In this document: positions 29,211-39,121 of the stretch, one piece after another | How positions within the stretch are numbered: the first letter of the stretch is position 1 | Layout of the letters: each line of letters starts with the position of its first letter | Source: Terrimicrobiaceae bacterium | Lineage (GTDB): Bacteria; Verrucomicrobiota; Verrucomicrobiia; Chthoniobacterales; Terrimicrobiaceae | Reading direction: 5' to 3' | Length of the DNA: 50,767 nt | NCBI GenBank assembly: GCA_044342325.1 | Contig: JBIIPZ010000019.1 | Coordinates: 1 to 50,767 of the forward strand | Made by a program: the position numbers and the translations under genes | The notes under the pieces: generated by a model | What the model was told of the DNA's origin: nothing | What the model saw: only the letters and a program-made list of their open reading frames with translations | Databases searched by the model: none

Positions 29211-29618
29211 ATGAATTACTGGCTCGTTAAACAGGAACCCACAGCCTACGCGTGGGAGGATTTCGTGAAGGATGGCAAAACCGCCTGGACCGGGGTTAGG
29301 AATTTCCAAGCCAGAAACCATCTTCGCGCCATGGCACCGGGCGACCATGTCCTCTACTACCACAGCGTGACTGGAAAATGTGTCGTCGGAATTGCTGAGG
29401 TTGTCCGTCCGGCCTACCCCGATCTCACAGCTTCCGAGGGCGACTGGTCGTGCGTGGATTTGAAGCCTGTCGGCGCTTTGAAGCGTCCCGTCTCTCTCGA
29501 GGAAATCAAAGCCGAACCCTCGCTTGCTGAGATCGGACTCTTGCGTCAATCGCGACTCAGCGTGATGCCACTGACGAAAGCGGTCTTTGAAAAAATCGTG
29601 CAGATTTCAAAAAAGTGA
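29211..29618 (+). CDS. EVE domain protein
   Basis: MNYWLVKQEP, WTGVRNFQARN, YYHS, RLSVMP; start at ATG 29211. Confidence 0.93.
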   Translation: MNYWLVKQEPTAYAWEDFVKDGKTAWTGVRNFQARNHLRAMAPGDHVLYYHSVTGKCVVGIAEVVRPAYPDLTASEGDWSCVDLKPVGALKRPVSLEEIKAEPSLAEIGLLRQSRLSVMPLTKAVFEKIVQISKK

Positions 29619-29651
29619 TCTGCCATTTTTGCCATCGCTGAAAATCTTCCC

Positions 29652-30470
29652 ATGTCATCACTCCACTTCGCCGTCGCATCGACATTTTCACCACGCTTTC
29701 GGGCAGTCCTAGCCGAAGCTGATCGCGCGGCGAGGATGTTTGGCGCCCGCCTGAGTGTGCTCCATGCGGGCGAGCGCACGCAGGAAAAAGCGGCCAGCTT
29801 TCAAGAGGCCTTTGCAGACTTGGGGCGGGAAAATGTGGAGATTTATTGGTGCGAGGGCGGGGCTCCGGCGCAGGTATTGGTCACTGCCGTAGCGAATGAA
29901 AAATTCGACCTCTTCATCGCTGGCACGATCGCCCGTCCGAATGACCCTCGCAACTTCACTGGCACCATCGTGCGAGAGCTTTTTTCGCGCACGCCGTGCG
30001 ACCTTCTTCTCATCCCGGATCCCAAGGAACTGGCTCCTGCCGGGCTGAATGCCTGTCTTCTGGTGGAGGCTCATTCGCCGCGCTGGCGGGCTGCTAAGGA
30101 GACGCTCAAGACCCTCAAGCCTTCCAAGATCTCGATCCTCGCCGCCGATAGTCCCTTCGCGCAGGCGCGCCGCTCACTCCTCGGAGCCGAGATGGAGGAG
30201 GGCAGTCTGGAGGATATTTGCGACGAACTCAGTGAGATCACTCCTGCTGTGGACCTGCGCCGCATCCGATCCAATACCGGTTTTATGATTTGCGAGGTGG
30301 TTCAGGAAACCGCCCCGGATTTCCTCTTTGTAGAATCCGGCTGGAAGTCCGGCCAGCGCGTCCTGCCGCCGTATCTGGGTTGGCTTGAGCAGGTCATTCC
30401 CAGCAGGCTTTTTCTTTTTGGAAAACCTCCCCGCAGCGCGATGGAGGGAGGCGCTATCATCCCGCTTTAA
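29652..30470 (+). CDS. universal stress protein (USP)-like
   Basis: A.LSVLHAG, DLFIAG, IVRELFSRTPCDLLLIP. Confidence 0.75.
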   Translation: MSSLHFAVASTFSPRFRAVLAEADRAARMFGARLSVLHAGERTQEKAASFQEAFADLGRENVEIYWCEGGAPAQVLVTAVANEKFDLFIAGTIARPNDPRNFTGTIVRELFSRTPCDLLLIPDPKELAPAGLNACLLVEAHSPRWRAAKETLKTLKPSKISILAADSPFAQARRSLLGAEMEEGSLEDICDELSEITPAVDLRRIRSNTGFMICEVVQETAPDFLFVESGWKSGQRVLPPYLGWLEQVIPSRLFLFGKPPRSAMEGGAIIPL

Positions 30471-30487
30471 GGCGGTTTCCAACCCGC

Positions 30488-32740
30488 ATGGGAAACGCCC
30501 AAGCCTCATTGGTTCTCGCCTCTTGGAGTTTCGAGCCCGTGCCCGCGATCGGTTTGATCCTCACGGCATTTCTGTATTGGCGCGGCTGGCGCAAGGTTCG
30601 CCGACTGGCTCCCGAGCGTTTTCCCGAATGGCGTCTCGCCTCTTTTCTGGGGGGCTTACTCGTCATCTACATCGCGCTAGCATCGCCTCTTGATGCCTTT
30701 GCCTCGTGGTTGCTGAGCGTCCACATGGTGCAGCACCTTCTTCTGACTATGGTGGCGCCGCCGCTGATTCTTCAGGGAGCCCCTTTTTTGCCGATGCTTT
30801 CGGGATTGCCTCGTGGATTTGTGCGCTCGGGTTTGGGGCCTTTTCTCAACGAACCCCGACTCAAAAAACTCGGTGCACTCCTTGTGCATCCCTTCTTTGC
30901 CGGGCCGCTTTTCATGCTTTCGAATGTGCTTTGGCACATCCCCGCGTTCTACGAACTGGCATTGAGCTCGCAGGCCTGGCATCAAGTCGAGCATCTGTGT
31001 TTTCTGACAACGGCGATGCTTTTCTGGTGGCCCGTTGTGCAACCATGGCCTTCGCGCCCCGCTGTGCCTCGTTGGGTGCTCATTCCTTATTTGCTGGTGG
31101 TGGATATTCAAAACACAGCGCTTTCAGGTTTTTTCACATTCTATGGTCGAGTCATCTATCCGACCTACGCCGCCGCGCCCCGCATCACAGGCCTTTCTGC
31201 GATTGATGACCAAACCTTCGCCGGAACGATCATGTGGGTGCCCGGTTCGGTGGCCTTTCTTCTGCCTGCAGCTGTGATCGCTATCAAATACCTGTCCGGC
31301 TCCAACCTCGTCAGTAGGCGTCCGAAGGTAAAAATAAAGCCGCAGCCCCTCGAGCCGCGCAGGCCGTTTGATCTCCTTCGCGTGCCAGTTCTCGGCGCAC
31401 TCATCGGGTCGAAGTATTTCCGGGTATCCATGCAGGCGTTGCTTTTTGGCTTGGCTATCCTGGTAGTGCTTGACGGCCTTTTCGGTCCACAGGTCGGGGC
31501 AATGAACCTCGCTGGGGTGCTGCCATGGACGCACTGGCGAGGCTTCACCATTCTGGCGCTTCTGGTAGCGGGAAATCTTTTCTGCATGGCATGTCCGTTC
31601 ACCTTTGCGAGGGATCTCGGACGCAGAATCTTTCCCGCCACACACCGCTGGCCACGATTCCTGCGATCCAAGTGGCTCGCCATCGGCCTACTGGTCCTCT
31701 TTTTCTGGGCCTACGAGTTTTTCGACCTCTGGGAAACCCCGTGGTGGACGGCATGGATTATCATCTTCTACTTCACCGCCGCCGTGCTCGTGGATGGCTT
31801 CTTCAAAGGCGCGAGCTTCTGCAAACATGTCTGCCCGATTGGCCAATTCCACTTTGTTTCCTCCCTCGTCTCCCCATTGGAAGTCCGGGTCCGGGACTCC
31901 AGCGTCTGCGCCACTTGCCGCACCCATGATTGCCTGCGTGGAAACGAATCCCAGCGCGGTTGTGAACTCCACCTCTTCCAACCCGCCAAGTCGGGAAACA
32001 TGGATTGCACCTTCTGTCTCGATTGCGTGAAGGCCTGCCCGTCCGACAATGTCGGCTTCCTCGCCGTCCCTCCTGGGCGTGATCTCTTGCACCAAGGCAA
32101 ACGCTCCGCCGTCGGCGACTATTCCCGCCGCCCCGACCTCGCCGCATTGGTTCTCGTGCTCACCTTCGCCGCCTTTGCCAATGCCGCTGGAATGACCTCG
32201 CCCGCCTTGGAGATGGAAAAAAAACTCGGTCCCGCGAGCGGCCTTGTCTTCCTCGCATTCGTCCTCTTACTCCCATTCCTGCTCGCCTCCGCCTGCGCGT
32301 GGTTGAGCATGAAGTGCGGCGCAACCACCACCCGCTGGCACGAGCACCTCTGCGGCATGGCCGTCCTTTTCGCCCCGCTGGGAGTCTCCATGTGGGCCGC
32401 GCATTTTCTCTTCCACCTCGTTACCGCCGCCCTCACGCCTTGGCCCGTCCTCCAACGCCTCGCCAAAGATGCCGGTCTATCTGCATCCCTACCGAATTGG
32501 AACATCGCCTCCCTCGGCTTCGCCGAACTCCCCGCACTCGAAATCCTCCTCCTCAACGCCGGTTGCCTCTTCACTCTCTGGCTCCTCTGGAAAAAAACAC
32601 TCACAACCTCCAAAGCACACCCCCTCCTCAGCTTCCTGCCGTGGGCCGTCCTCGCCTGCGCCCTCTTCGCCCTCGGCATCTGGATCGTTTTCCAACCAAT
32701 GGAAATGCGCGGCACTCTACAGCTTGGCCTGTTAGGGTAA
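30488..32740 (+). CDS. caa3-type CtaG cytochrome oxidase assembly domain fused to a membrane 4Fe-4S (polyferredoxin-type) domain
   Basis: N-terminal HMVQHLLL, WHIP, EHLCF, DQ..AG.IMW; C-terminal FCMACP, FCKHVCP, CATCRTHDC, CTFCLDCVKACP. Confidence 0.85.
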   Translation: MGNAQASLVLASWSFEPVPAIGLILTAFLYWRGWRKVRRLAPERFPEWRLASFLGGLLVIYIALASPLDAFASWLLSVHMVQHLLLTMVAPPLILQGAPFLPMLSGLPRGFVRSGLGPFLNEPRLKKLGALLVHPFFAGPLFMLSNVLWHIPAFYELALSSQAWHQVEHLCFLTTAMLFWWPVVQPWPSRPAVPRWVLIPYLLVVDIQNTALSGFFTFYGRVIYPTYAAAPRITGLSAIDDQTFAGTIMWVPGSVAFLLPAAVIAIKYLSGSNLVSRRPKVKIKPQPLEPRRPFDLLRVPVLGALIGSKYFRVSMQALLFGLAILVVLDGLFGPQVGAMNLAGVLPWTHWRGFTILALLVAGNLFCMACPFTFARDLGRRIFPATHRWPRFLRSKWLAIGLLVLFFWAYEFFDLWETPWWTAWIIIFYFTAAVLVDGFFKGASFCKHVCPIGQFHFVSSLVSPLEVRVRDSSVCATCRTHDCLRGNESQRGCELHLFQPAKSGNMDCTFCLDCVKACPSDNVGFLAVPPGRDLLHQGKRSAVGDYSRRPDLAALVLVLTFAAFANAAGMTSPALEMEKKLGPASGLVFLAFVLLLPFLLASACAWLSMKCGATTTRWHEHLCGMAVLFAPLGVSMWAAHFLFHLVTAALTPWPVLQRLAKDAGLSASLPNWNIASLGFAELPALEILLLNAGCLFTLWLLWKKTLTTSKAHPLLSFLPWAVLACALFALGIWIVFQPMEMRGTLQLGLLG

Positions 32741-32782
32741 AAAAGTGTCCGGAGTGTTTGTCTTCCGCACGGGGGAGGGGAG

Positions 32783-32854
32783 TGGGTTGGGAGGGACTCG
32801 AACCCTCAACCAACGCCTTAAAAGGGCGCTGCTCTACCATTGAGCTACCAACCC
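32783..32854 (-). tRNA. tRNA-Lys (TTT), CCA not encoded
   Basis: GGGTTGG...CGCC-CTTTTAA-GGCG...GGTTCGAGTCC...CCAACCCA. Confidence 0.95.
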
Positions 32855-32868
32855 GGTGGAGGGGTGGA

Positions 32869-32896
32869 AGATTAGTCGTTTGTTGTCGGTTTGCAA
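32869..32896 (-). promoter_or_regulatory. sigma70-like promoter of tRNA-Lys
   Basis: TTGCAA-N16-TAATCT; same -10 hexamer and spacing as upstream of tRNA-Gly. Confidence 0.45.
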
Positions 32897-32994
32897 TCCT
32901 GAAAATCATAAAAATTTCGGGGCGCGATTTTACGCTGCCTGGATTTCAAAATCCTTGAACGCTTCGAGCGTGGAGTCCATGTTTCCGCCCTGCC

Positions 32995-34449
32995 TTGAAA
33001 TCTTCCACTGCCCACCTGCATAAACCAACTCACGAATGCGGCGTCTTCGCGGTCTTCAACCACCCGGATGCTGCGATGCTTTCCTACTACGGCCTCTTTG
33101 CTCTGCAACACAGGGGACAAGAAAGCGCCGGAATTGTCTCCGCCGAGCCTGGAGCGCAAGTCTTCAATACTCACAAAGGCATGGGACTTGTATCCCAGGT
33201 TTTTCATTCGCGTGATCTCGAGAGGCTGAAAGGCACCCGCGCCATTGGTCATGTGCGTTATTCCACTACGGGGTCCAGTAACCTGAAAAACGCGCAGCCT
33301 TTCGTGGTAGACACAGCTCGCGGTCGTCTTGCGATCGCCCACAATGGGAATCTGGTAAACGCCGCCGCCCTGCGTGCCGAGCTCGAAGAGCGGGGATCGA
33401 TTTTTCAAACGACGGTGGATAGCGAGATCGTGCTGCATCTCCTCGCTCAGCCGACATCCAACGGCGGCGGCATAGCTTCGCTGCGGCGTCTCGAGGGTGC
33501 GTTCTCGATTGTTCTCATGGGTGAGCGCGAGATCATCGGTTTCCGGGATCCGCATGGCTTTCGTCCGCTCTGCCTGGGAAAACTCGATGGAGCCTATGTG
33601 CTGGCATCCGAGAGTTGCGCGTTTGATTTGATCCATGCGGAGTTTATTCGCGATGTGGAACCCGGCGAGGTCTTGATCATCGATGAAAACGGACTTCGCA
33701 GCGAGTGGCCGTTTCCCAAGAGCCGGACTTCCTTTTGCATTTTCGAGCATGTTTATTTTGCCCGCCCCGACAGCAATATCGGTGGGACCAATGTCAGCAT
33801 GGCCCGTGTCAACATGGGGCGCGAGTTGGCCAGGTTGCATCCTGTAGAGGCCGATCTGGTCGTGCCGGTGCCGGACTCTGGCATCTTCGCCGCGCTGGGT
33901 TTCTCCGAGGAGACCGGTATTCCTTATTACCCCGCCTTTGTCCGAAATCACTATATCGGCCGCACATTCATTCAGCCCACGCAAATGATCCGTGACTTCA
34001 ATGTGCGGGTTAAACTCAACCTGATTCGCTCAGCCGTGGAAGGGAAGCGTGTGGTGGTGGTCGACGACTCCATTGTGCGTGGCACGACCGCCCGCTCCCG
34101 TGTGGTGAACCTCCGCGAGAACGGTGCCAAGGAAGTGCACATGCGCATCAGCTGCCCGCCGCACAAGCACGCCTGCTACTACGGCATTGATTTTCCAGAT
34201 CCTGAGAAACTTCTCGCAAACCAGTGCACGGCCGAGGAAATCCGAAAATATCTCGGTGCTGATTCCCTCGGCTATCTCGATGTGGATGGCATGGTGCGCT
34301 CCACTGGCCAGCCTGCAAATAATTTCTGCATGGCCTGCTTCAACGGCGACTACCCGGTCGCCTTCGATGACCAATTCGACAAACTCATCATGGAAAAACG
34401 GGCCGTCAAAGCCCGTCTTCTCGAACCACCCTCCGAACGACTGCTTTGA
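32995..34449 (+). CDS. purF: amidophosphoribosyltransferase
   Basis: HECGVF, LQHRGQE, GHVRYST, VDDSIVRGTT, CYYGID. Confidence 0.97.
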   Translation: MKSSTAHLHKPTHECGVFAVFNHPDAAMLSYYGLFALQHRGQESAGIVSAEPGAQVFNTHKGMGLVSQVFHSRDLERLKGTRAIGHVRYSTTGSSNLKNAQPFVVDTARGRLAIAHNGNLVNAAALRAELEERGSIFQTTVDSEIVLHLLAQPTSNGGGIASLRRLEGAFSIVLMGEREIIGFRDPHGFRPLCLGKLDGAYVLASESCAFDLIHAEFIRDVEPGEVLIIDENGLRSEWPFPKSRTSFCIFEHVYFARPDSNIGGTNVSMARVNMGRELARLHPVEADLVVPVPDSGIFAALGFSEETGIPYYPAFVRNHYIGRTFIQPTQMIRDFNVRVKLNLIRSAVEGKRVVVVDDSIVRGTTARSRVVNLRENGAKEVHMRISCPPHKHACYYGIDFPDPEKLLANQCTAEEIRKYLGADSLGYLDVDGMVRSTGQPANNFCMACFNGDYPVAFDDQFDKLIMEKRAVKARLLEPPSERLL

Positions 34450-35471
34450 AAACTCCACGCAAACAAAAAGCCTACGCCGCCGCAGGGGTCGATGTGGACC
34501 TCGGCAACACAGTCAAAAAAGGAATCCACTCCCTCGTCAGCGCCACGCACGGCCCTGAAGTGCTCGGAAAAATCGGAGGATTCGGAGGTCTCTTCCGTCC
34601 CGATTTCCGGGGAATGAAAGATCCCGTCCTTGTCTCCAGCGTCGATGGCGTCGGCACGAAACTCAAAATCGCCTTTGCCACGAACCGCCACGACACCATC
34701 GGGCAGGATTTAGTGAATCATTGCATCAACGACATCGCCGTCATCGGCGCGCGTCCGCTCTTTTTCCTCGACTACATCGGCGGTGAAAAGCTCGACCCCG
34801 TGGTGTTTCGCCAAATTCTCAAAGGCTTTGCGAAGGCCTGCAAAGACGGGGGATGCGCCCTCATCGGCGGCGAGACCGCTCAGATGCCCGGCATGTATCA
34901 AAGCGGGGAATACGATGTCGCTGGCACGATTGTTGGTGTTGTGGACAGGCCGAAAATGCTCGACGGCTCAAAAATCAAAGTCGGCGATGTGATTATCGGC
35001 TTGAAGGGACATGGTCTCCACACAAACGGCTATTCGCTCGCCCGCAAAGTCCTTCTGGAGAAGCTACGTCTTCCATTGGACAAGCACGCTCCTGGCATGA
35101 GCGTGCCGCTCGGCAAGGAACTTTTGAAGGTTCATCCGAATTATCAGCCACTCATGGCCTCCTTGCCACAAGGCATTCTCCACGGCGCAGCGCACATCAC
35201 GGGCGGCGGCTTGCTGGATAACCTTCCTCGTGTCCTTCCCGAGGGCTGCAGGGCCTCAATCGACAAGGGATCATGGAAAGTGCCAATCATTTTCAACATC
35301 ATTCAAAACGCGGCGGATATCCCCGACGATGAGATGTTCCAGGTCTTCAACATGGGCATCGGCATGACGCTCGTCGTCCCAGCCAAGCGCGCGGAAGAGG
35401 CTTTGAAACTCACGAAGGGCATTCTGATCGGTAAGATCACGGAAGGTCCGCGTGATGTGGTAATTTCCTAA
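34446..35471 (+). CDS. purM: phosphoribosylformylglycinamidine cyclo-ligase
   Basis: YAAAGVD, DGVGTK, GGETAQMPG, HTNGYSL, HITGGG, FNMGIG. Confidence 0.97.
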   Translation: MKTPRKQKAYAAAGVDVDLGNTVKKGIHSLVSATHGPEVLGKIGGFGGLFRPDFRGMKDPVLVSSVDGVGTKLKIAFATNRHDTIGQDLVNHCINDIAVIGARPLFFLDYIGGEKLDPVVFRQILKGFAKACKDGGCALIGGETAQMPGMYQSGEYDVAGTIVGVVDRPKMLDGSKIKVGDVIIGLKGHGLHTNGYSLARKVLLEKLRLPLDKHAPGMSVPLGKELLKVHPNYQPLMASLPQGILHGAAHITGGGLLDNLPRVLPEGCRASIDKGSWKVPIIFNIIQNAADIPDDEMFQVFNMGIGMTLVVPAKRAEEALKLTKGILIGKITEGPRDVVIS

Positions 35472-35599
35472 ATAAAAAACATTGCAAGAGGTGGTTATGC
35501 GGATTTGAGGCGGACTCCTGCCCGCCCTAGTCCTTATCTCGTAGAAAGACACCGGAAACCTATTGCGGCGGGGATGTTATTTGCTCTACACATGCGCCA

Positions 35600-36727
35600 G
35601 TGAATTCCAAAAACACCACCATTAGTTTAGCGGGCGTCATGAAAAGCGAGTCGGCGCTCTGGATGGGCATTCTTGCGGTGATTGTTTTTTACACTGGCGG
35701 GGGTGTGTTGTTGGGCTCCACAGGAAATGCTGCTGCGGCTGCAGGGTCGTTTGCGGTGATATTCGCGGTCATGCTTTGGCTCTCCTTTGGTGTGGTGCAC
35801 CATGCGGAGTGCTTGGCAGTAAAGCTTGGCGAGCCTTATGGCACGCTCATTCTCACACTTTCAGTCATTTCCATCGAGGTGGTTATGATCTGCGCGCTCA
35901 TGATGAGTGGTTCTGAAAATCCCACATTGGCGAGGGATACCATGTTCTCGGTCCTCATGATTGTTCTTAATGGTATGCTTGGCATTACCTTGCTGATCGG
36001 TGGGTTGCGTCATCACCGGCAGGTATTCAACCTCGAAGGTGCCCGGAGTTATCTCATCGTTCTCTCCTGTCTGGCATTCCTTGCCTTGGTGCTGCCGACC
36101 TTCAGCCGAACTGGCGGCGTCGGTTCGGCCTCGCCGATGGTGTTCGGCTTTGTAGCGATTGCTTCCGTCGCGCTCTACGGCGTTTTCTTGTTTCTTCAAT
36201 CCACGCGCCATCGCGATTTTTTCGAGCATCCTTCGGATGAAGGTGAGGTAGGCGATGGACACGGCCATCTGGAAACGCGTTCCACGGCTTATCATGCCAT
36301 TTTTCTGGTCCTTTCGCTGCTGCCCATCGTCTTGCTTTCCAAAAAAATCGCTCTTGTGCTCGAATTTGGCATTTCCGCCCTGCAAGCGCCTCAGGCTCTC
36401 GCCGGCTTCGTGGTTGCATTGCTCGTTCTCGCCCCCGAGGGCCTTGCAGCCTGCAAGGCCGCAGTGCAAAACAGCCTCCAACGCACGGTGAATATCGTCC
36501 TCGGCTCTGCGTTGGCCACCATCGGTCTCACCGTCCCTGCCGTTCTGTGCATCAGCGCCCTCACAGGTCAGCGCATCATCTTGGGACTCGGGCCTGTGGA
36601 AATGGTGCTTCTCTTGGCCACATTTTTGTCCTCCGTGCTGGTCTTCGCCGGCAATCGCACGAACATGCTCGCAGGCGCTGTGCATCTGGTCCTCTTCGCA
36701 GCCTATGCCGTTCTGATTTTCGACTGA
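35600..36727 (+). CDS. chaA: Ca2+/H+ antiporter (ChaA-like, CaCA family)
   Basis: VVHHAECLA.KLGEPYGTLILTLSVISIEV, PTLARDT, LVLAPEGLAA, N.LQRTVN..LGS.LATIGLT.PAV; start could be ATG 35639. Confidence 0.9.
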   Translation: MNSKNTTISLAGVMKSESALWMGILAVIVFYTGGGVLLGSTGNAAAAAGSFAVIFAVMLWLSFGVVHHAECLAVKLGEPYGTLILTLSVISIEVVMICALMMSGSENPTLARDTMFSVLMIVLNGMLGITLLIGGLRHHRQVFNLEGARSYLIVLSCLAFLALVLPTFSRTGGVGSASPMVFGFVAIASVALYGVFLFLQSTRHRDFFEHPSDEGEVGDGHGHLETRSTAYHAIFLVLSLLPIVLLSKKIALVLEFGISALQAPQALAGFVVALLVLAPEGLAACKAAVQNSLQRTVNIVLGSALATIGLTVPAVLCISALTGQRIILGLGPVEMVLLLATFLSSVLVFAGNRTNMLAGAVHLVLFAAYAVLIFD

Positions 36728-36779
36728 TGGAATTCGGGCTTGTGGAGACCGTTTTTCAAGATTAGCTGAAGAGCTTCGT

Positions 36780-37973
36780 ATGGGTCCAAGCATCACCTCA
36801 CGCCAAGTCAGCAATGCCGAAGTGATGGCGAATGCCGTCAAGTCCTCTCTGGATGATGTGATGGGCACTTACCAAGGGCGTAAGATCACCGCAGGCGGAA
36901 AAAGCCCCTCCGAAGCAGGACTCGACCTGAACGACCCGACGAAGTTTTTCGAGCCCGAGACCGAGGCGCCAGTCAAGTCGCAGAGCAAGCAGTCCGCCGA
37001 TGCCAAGGCCCAGAAGATGCGCGCGGCCATCGGGAAGATGTTCCCAGAGATGCAGAATTCCGCCGGGCTCCTGCGTTTCGCGGCTCTCCTACGCCGGATG
37101 CAGCGGGAGAACAATTTCAACGAACTCGCCGAGGAGATGGAAAAAATCTTTCCCGATCCCTCTGTCCGCTTCGGCGTCATTCAAGCCATGGCCGCCGACC
37201 TTGGCGGCGGGGGAGGGGATGATACTTCCCAAGAAGCTCTGCGCGAGCATTTGCAGGAATACGGGGCGAAGCTTGAGAAAGAGCATGGGCCAGCCATCGC
37301 AGCCGGTAACAACATCGCGCCGGTTCTCAACGAACTCGTCCAATCTCGCCCACAGGATGCCGGTGATGTGCGGGATTTCTACCGTCAGTCAGTGCTCGGC
37401 TACCAATCACCCTCTGCATCCTACCGACAGATCGCCTCGCACCTTGGCCAATTCAGCGGGCAGCAGGACGCTCCGGGCGCGAGCCCAGTCGCGGATGGAC
37501 CCGAATTTGAGAAGCATTTCTCGGCGACGATTGATTTTCTCACAAGCGCACTGGCAGCGGATCTGGCGGCCTCGCGTCCCTCGGGCGAGCCTGCGCAGTT
37601 GAATGAAGTCGTCGACGGGCTTCAACAGGTCCGCCTCCTCGGAAATGCCCACAATTCCAGCCGCGACCTGCTCACGAAATTCCACAAATCCACAAACAAC
37701 TCCGTGCCGGTGGCCCCGTTCCGCCTGATGACCGGCATGTTGGACTCGGCCAATGGCGGCCGCGTCTCGGACGCCGACTTCGTGCGAATGGCCTTGGATT
37801 TCAACCTCCCGCCCCTCGAGCCGACCATCAATTTTCTCACCCAGTTCCGCGATGTGGTGCGGAATCTCCCTCCGCGTGCTTATGATAAACCCGAAACCCG
37901 CGAGCGCGTCCTCGATGCCATGCAGAAGGCCATCGACCACTCCATTGACGAAGAGGAGGCGGCTCTCGGATGA
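36780..37973 (+). CDS. sctW: T3SS gatekeeper (YopN/CopN/HrpJ family) with fused TyeA-like C-terminus
   Basis: F.DPS, G.AIAAGNNI, RDFYRQSV, FLTSALAADL and the C-terminal FLTQFRDVVRNLP...R..VLDA.Q.AID..I..EE; first gene of the cluster. Confidence 0.85.
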   Translation: MGPSITSRQVSNAEVMANAVKSSLDDVMGTYQGRKITAGGKSPSEAGLDLNDPTKFFEPETEAPVKSQSKQSADAKAQKMRAAIGKMFPEMQNSAGLLRFAALLRRMQRENNFNELAEEMEKIFPDPSVRFGVIQAMAADLGGGGGDDTSQEALREHLQEYGAKLEKEHGPAIAAGNNIAPVLNELVQSRPQDAGDVRDFYRQSVLGYQSPSASYRQIASHLGQFSGQQDAPGASPVADGPEFEKHFSATIDFLTSALAADLAASRPSGEPAQLNEVVDGLQQVRLLGNAHNSSRDLLTKFHKSTNNSVPVAPFRLMTGMLDSANGGRVSDADFVRMALDFNLPPLEPTINFLTQFRDVVRNLPPRAYDKPETRERVLDAMQKAIDHSIDEEEAALG

Positions 37974-38338
37974 TTGACTCCGTTATCAGAGAATTCGGCG
38001 AACTTCTTGGCATGGGCGGCTTGGAGCTTCAATCCGACGGCAGCCTCGTGCTCGAGATTGAGCCCTCCGACACGCTTTGTCTCGTCTCAAGCAGGGACGG
38101 GCTTTTTGTGAGCCTTTCACGCTCGCACCAGTATCCCAATACTCCCACAGCCGCCCGCTTGTTGGAGTTTCTCCACTTTGAAAAAAATGACGGCCAGGGC
38201 GTGCGTTGCCGCCGCACCGATTTCGGCAGGACCAATGTTCTCATGCAAAGCCTCGCGCTGGACGGCCTCCGTGGGGCTGATGTGCTTGAAGCCCTCGACC
38301 GTCTCACAAAACTTCACAATATGGCCGAAGCCGTATAG
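37970..38338 (+). CDS. T3SS chaperone, SycN family
   Basis: IDSVIREFGELLGMGGLEL...LVLEIE..DTL.L; ATGA overlap with sctW; occupies the sycN position. Confidence 0.75.
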   Translation: MIDSVIREFGELLGMGGLELQSDGSLVLEIEPSDTLCLVSSRDGLFVSLSRSHQYPNTPTAARLLEFLHFEKNDGQGVRCRRTDFGRTNVLMQSLALDGLRGADVLEALDRLTKLHNMAEAV

Positions 38339-38351
38339 TCTTCGTCACTTC

Positions 38352-38750
38352 ATGGCTACCGTCACCAACTCCACTGGCGCACTCGATTTTCGCACGGGAA
38401 TCGAGAAGGTTTCCTACGCCGCCAGCGGCCAGAGTTCACCGACGCTGCCATTGAATCGCCCCTCGATGAGCGAGCAGGCGGTGCCCAGCAAGTTGGCAGG
38501 GCTTTTTCAGGATCAGGCGATGGATTTGTTTCTCACCGATTCGCTCAAGCCGCGTGAAATGACAGCCAGCCTCCTTGGCGCTGCCTCCTATAGTCAGCAT
38601 CTGGATAATCTCAGGAAGCGTTTGCGCGATCTGCGGGCGGGCTATTCTCGCCGTGACGAGACCTTCCAGTCCGGCCTCGCCCTTCTCGAGGAGGACTGCG
38701 AAAACCTTCAACTCCTCGAGGCCCTGCGGCGGGTCATGGTCGGAGGCTGA
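38352..38750 (+). CDS. sctX: T3SS protein, YscX/SctX family
   Basis: F.TGIEKVSY, LKP and C-terminal LLEE...LQLL..LR..MV.G; lies between sycN and sctY; start at ATG 38352. Confidence 0.7.
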   Translation: MATVTNSTGALDFRTGIEKVSYAASGQSSPTLPLNRPSMSEQAVPSKLAGLFQDQAMDLFLTDSLKPREMTASLLGAASYSQHLDNLRKRLRDLRAGYSRRDETFQSGLALLEEDCENLQLLEALRRVMVGG

Positions 38751-38755
38751 TTCTA

Positions 38756-39121
38756 ATGGGGGATTCCAACGCCATGCCGATCCAGACCGTGAGGGAGACC
38801 CTCCATCTCCTCGGCTACCTGAATGCCCGCTACGGTCGCCCCGAACGCGCCATCTGCTACTTCGAACTCATGACCGTGGTGGATGCCATGAATCCCACCG
38901 CTTGGCGCACGCTCGCCACGATTCAACTGGCTCTCGAAAAAAACCCCGAGGCCGCCGCCAGTGCCTCAAAGGCCTTGGAACTCGGTCTGCCACCGGATGA
39001 GCAGCCCCTTTGCCATTTGGTCAAAGCCATCTCCGCGCGGCGTCTTGGCAACACCTCGGAAAGCGACGCAGAGGCTCTCGTATTCCTCAAATCCCGCCGG
39101 GAAGAGGGAGGGGGACTGTGA
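38756..39121 (+). CDS. sctY: T3SS TPR chaperone, YscY/SctY family
   Basis: ETLHLLGYLNARYGRPERAICYFELM TPR motif; directly before sctV. Confidence 0.75.
   Translation: MGDSNAMPIQTVRETLHLLGYLNARYGRPERAICYFELMTVVDAMNPTAWRTLATIQLALEKNPEAAASASKALELGLPPDEQPLCHLVKAISARRLGNTSESDAEALVFLKSRREEGGGL

Noticed and set aside
32872..33984. 370-aa minus-strand ORF (likewise 35861..36868 and 28806..29549)
   Set aside because: These overlap purF, chaA and tmk/EVE, which are well supported.
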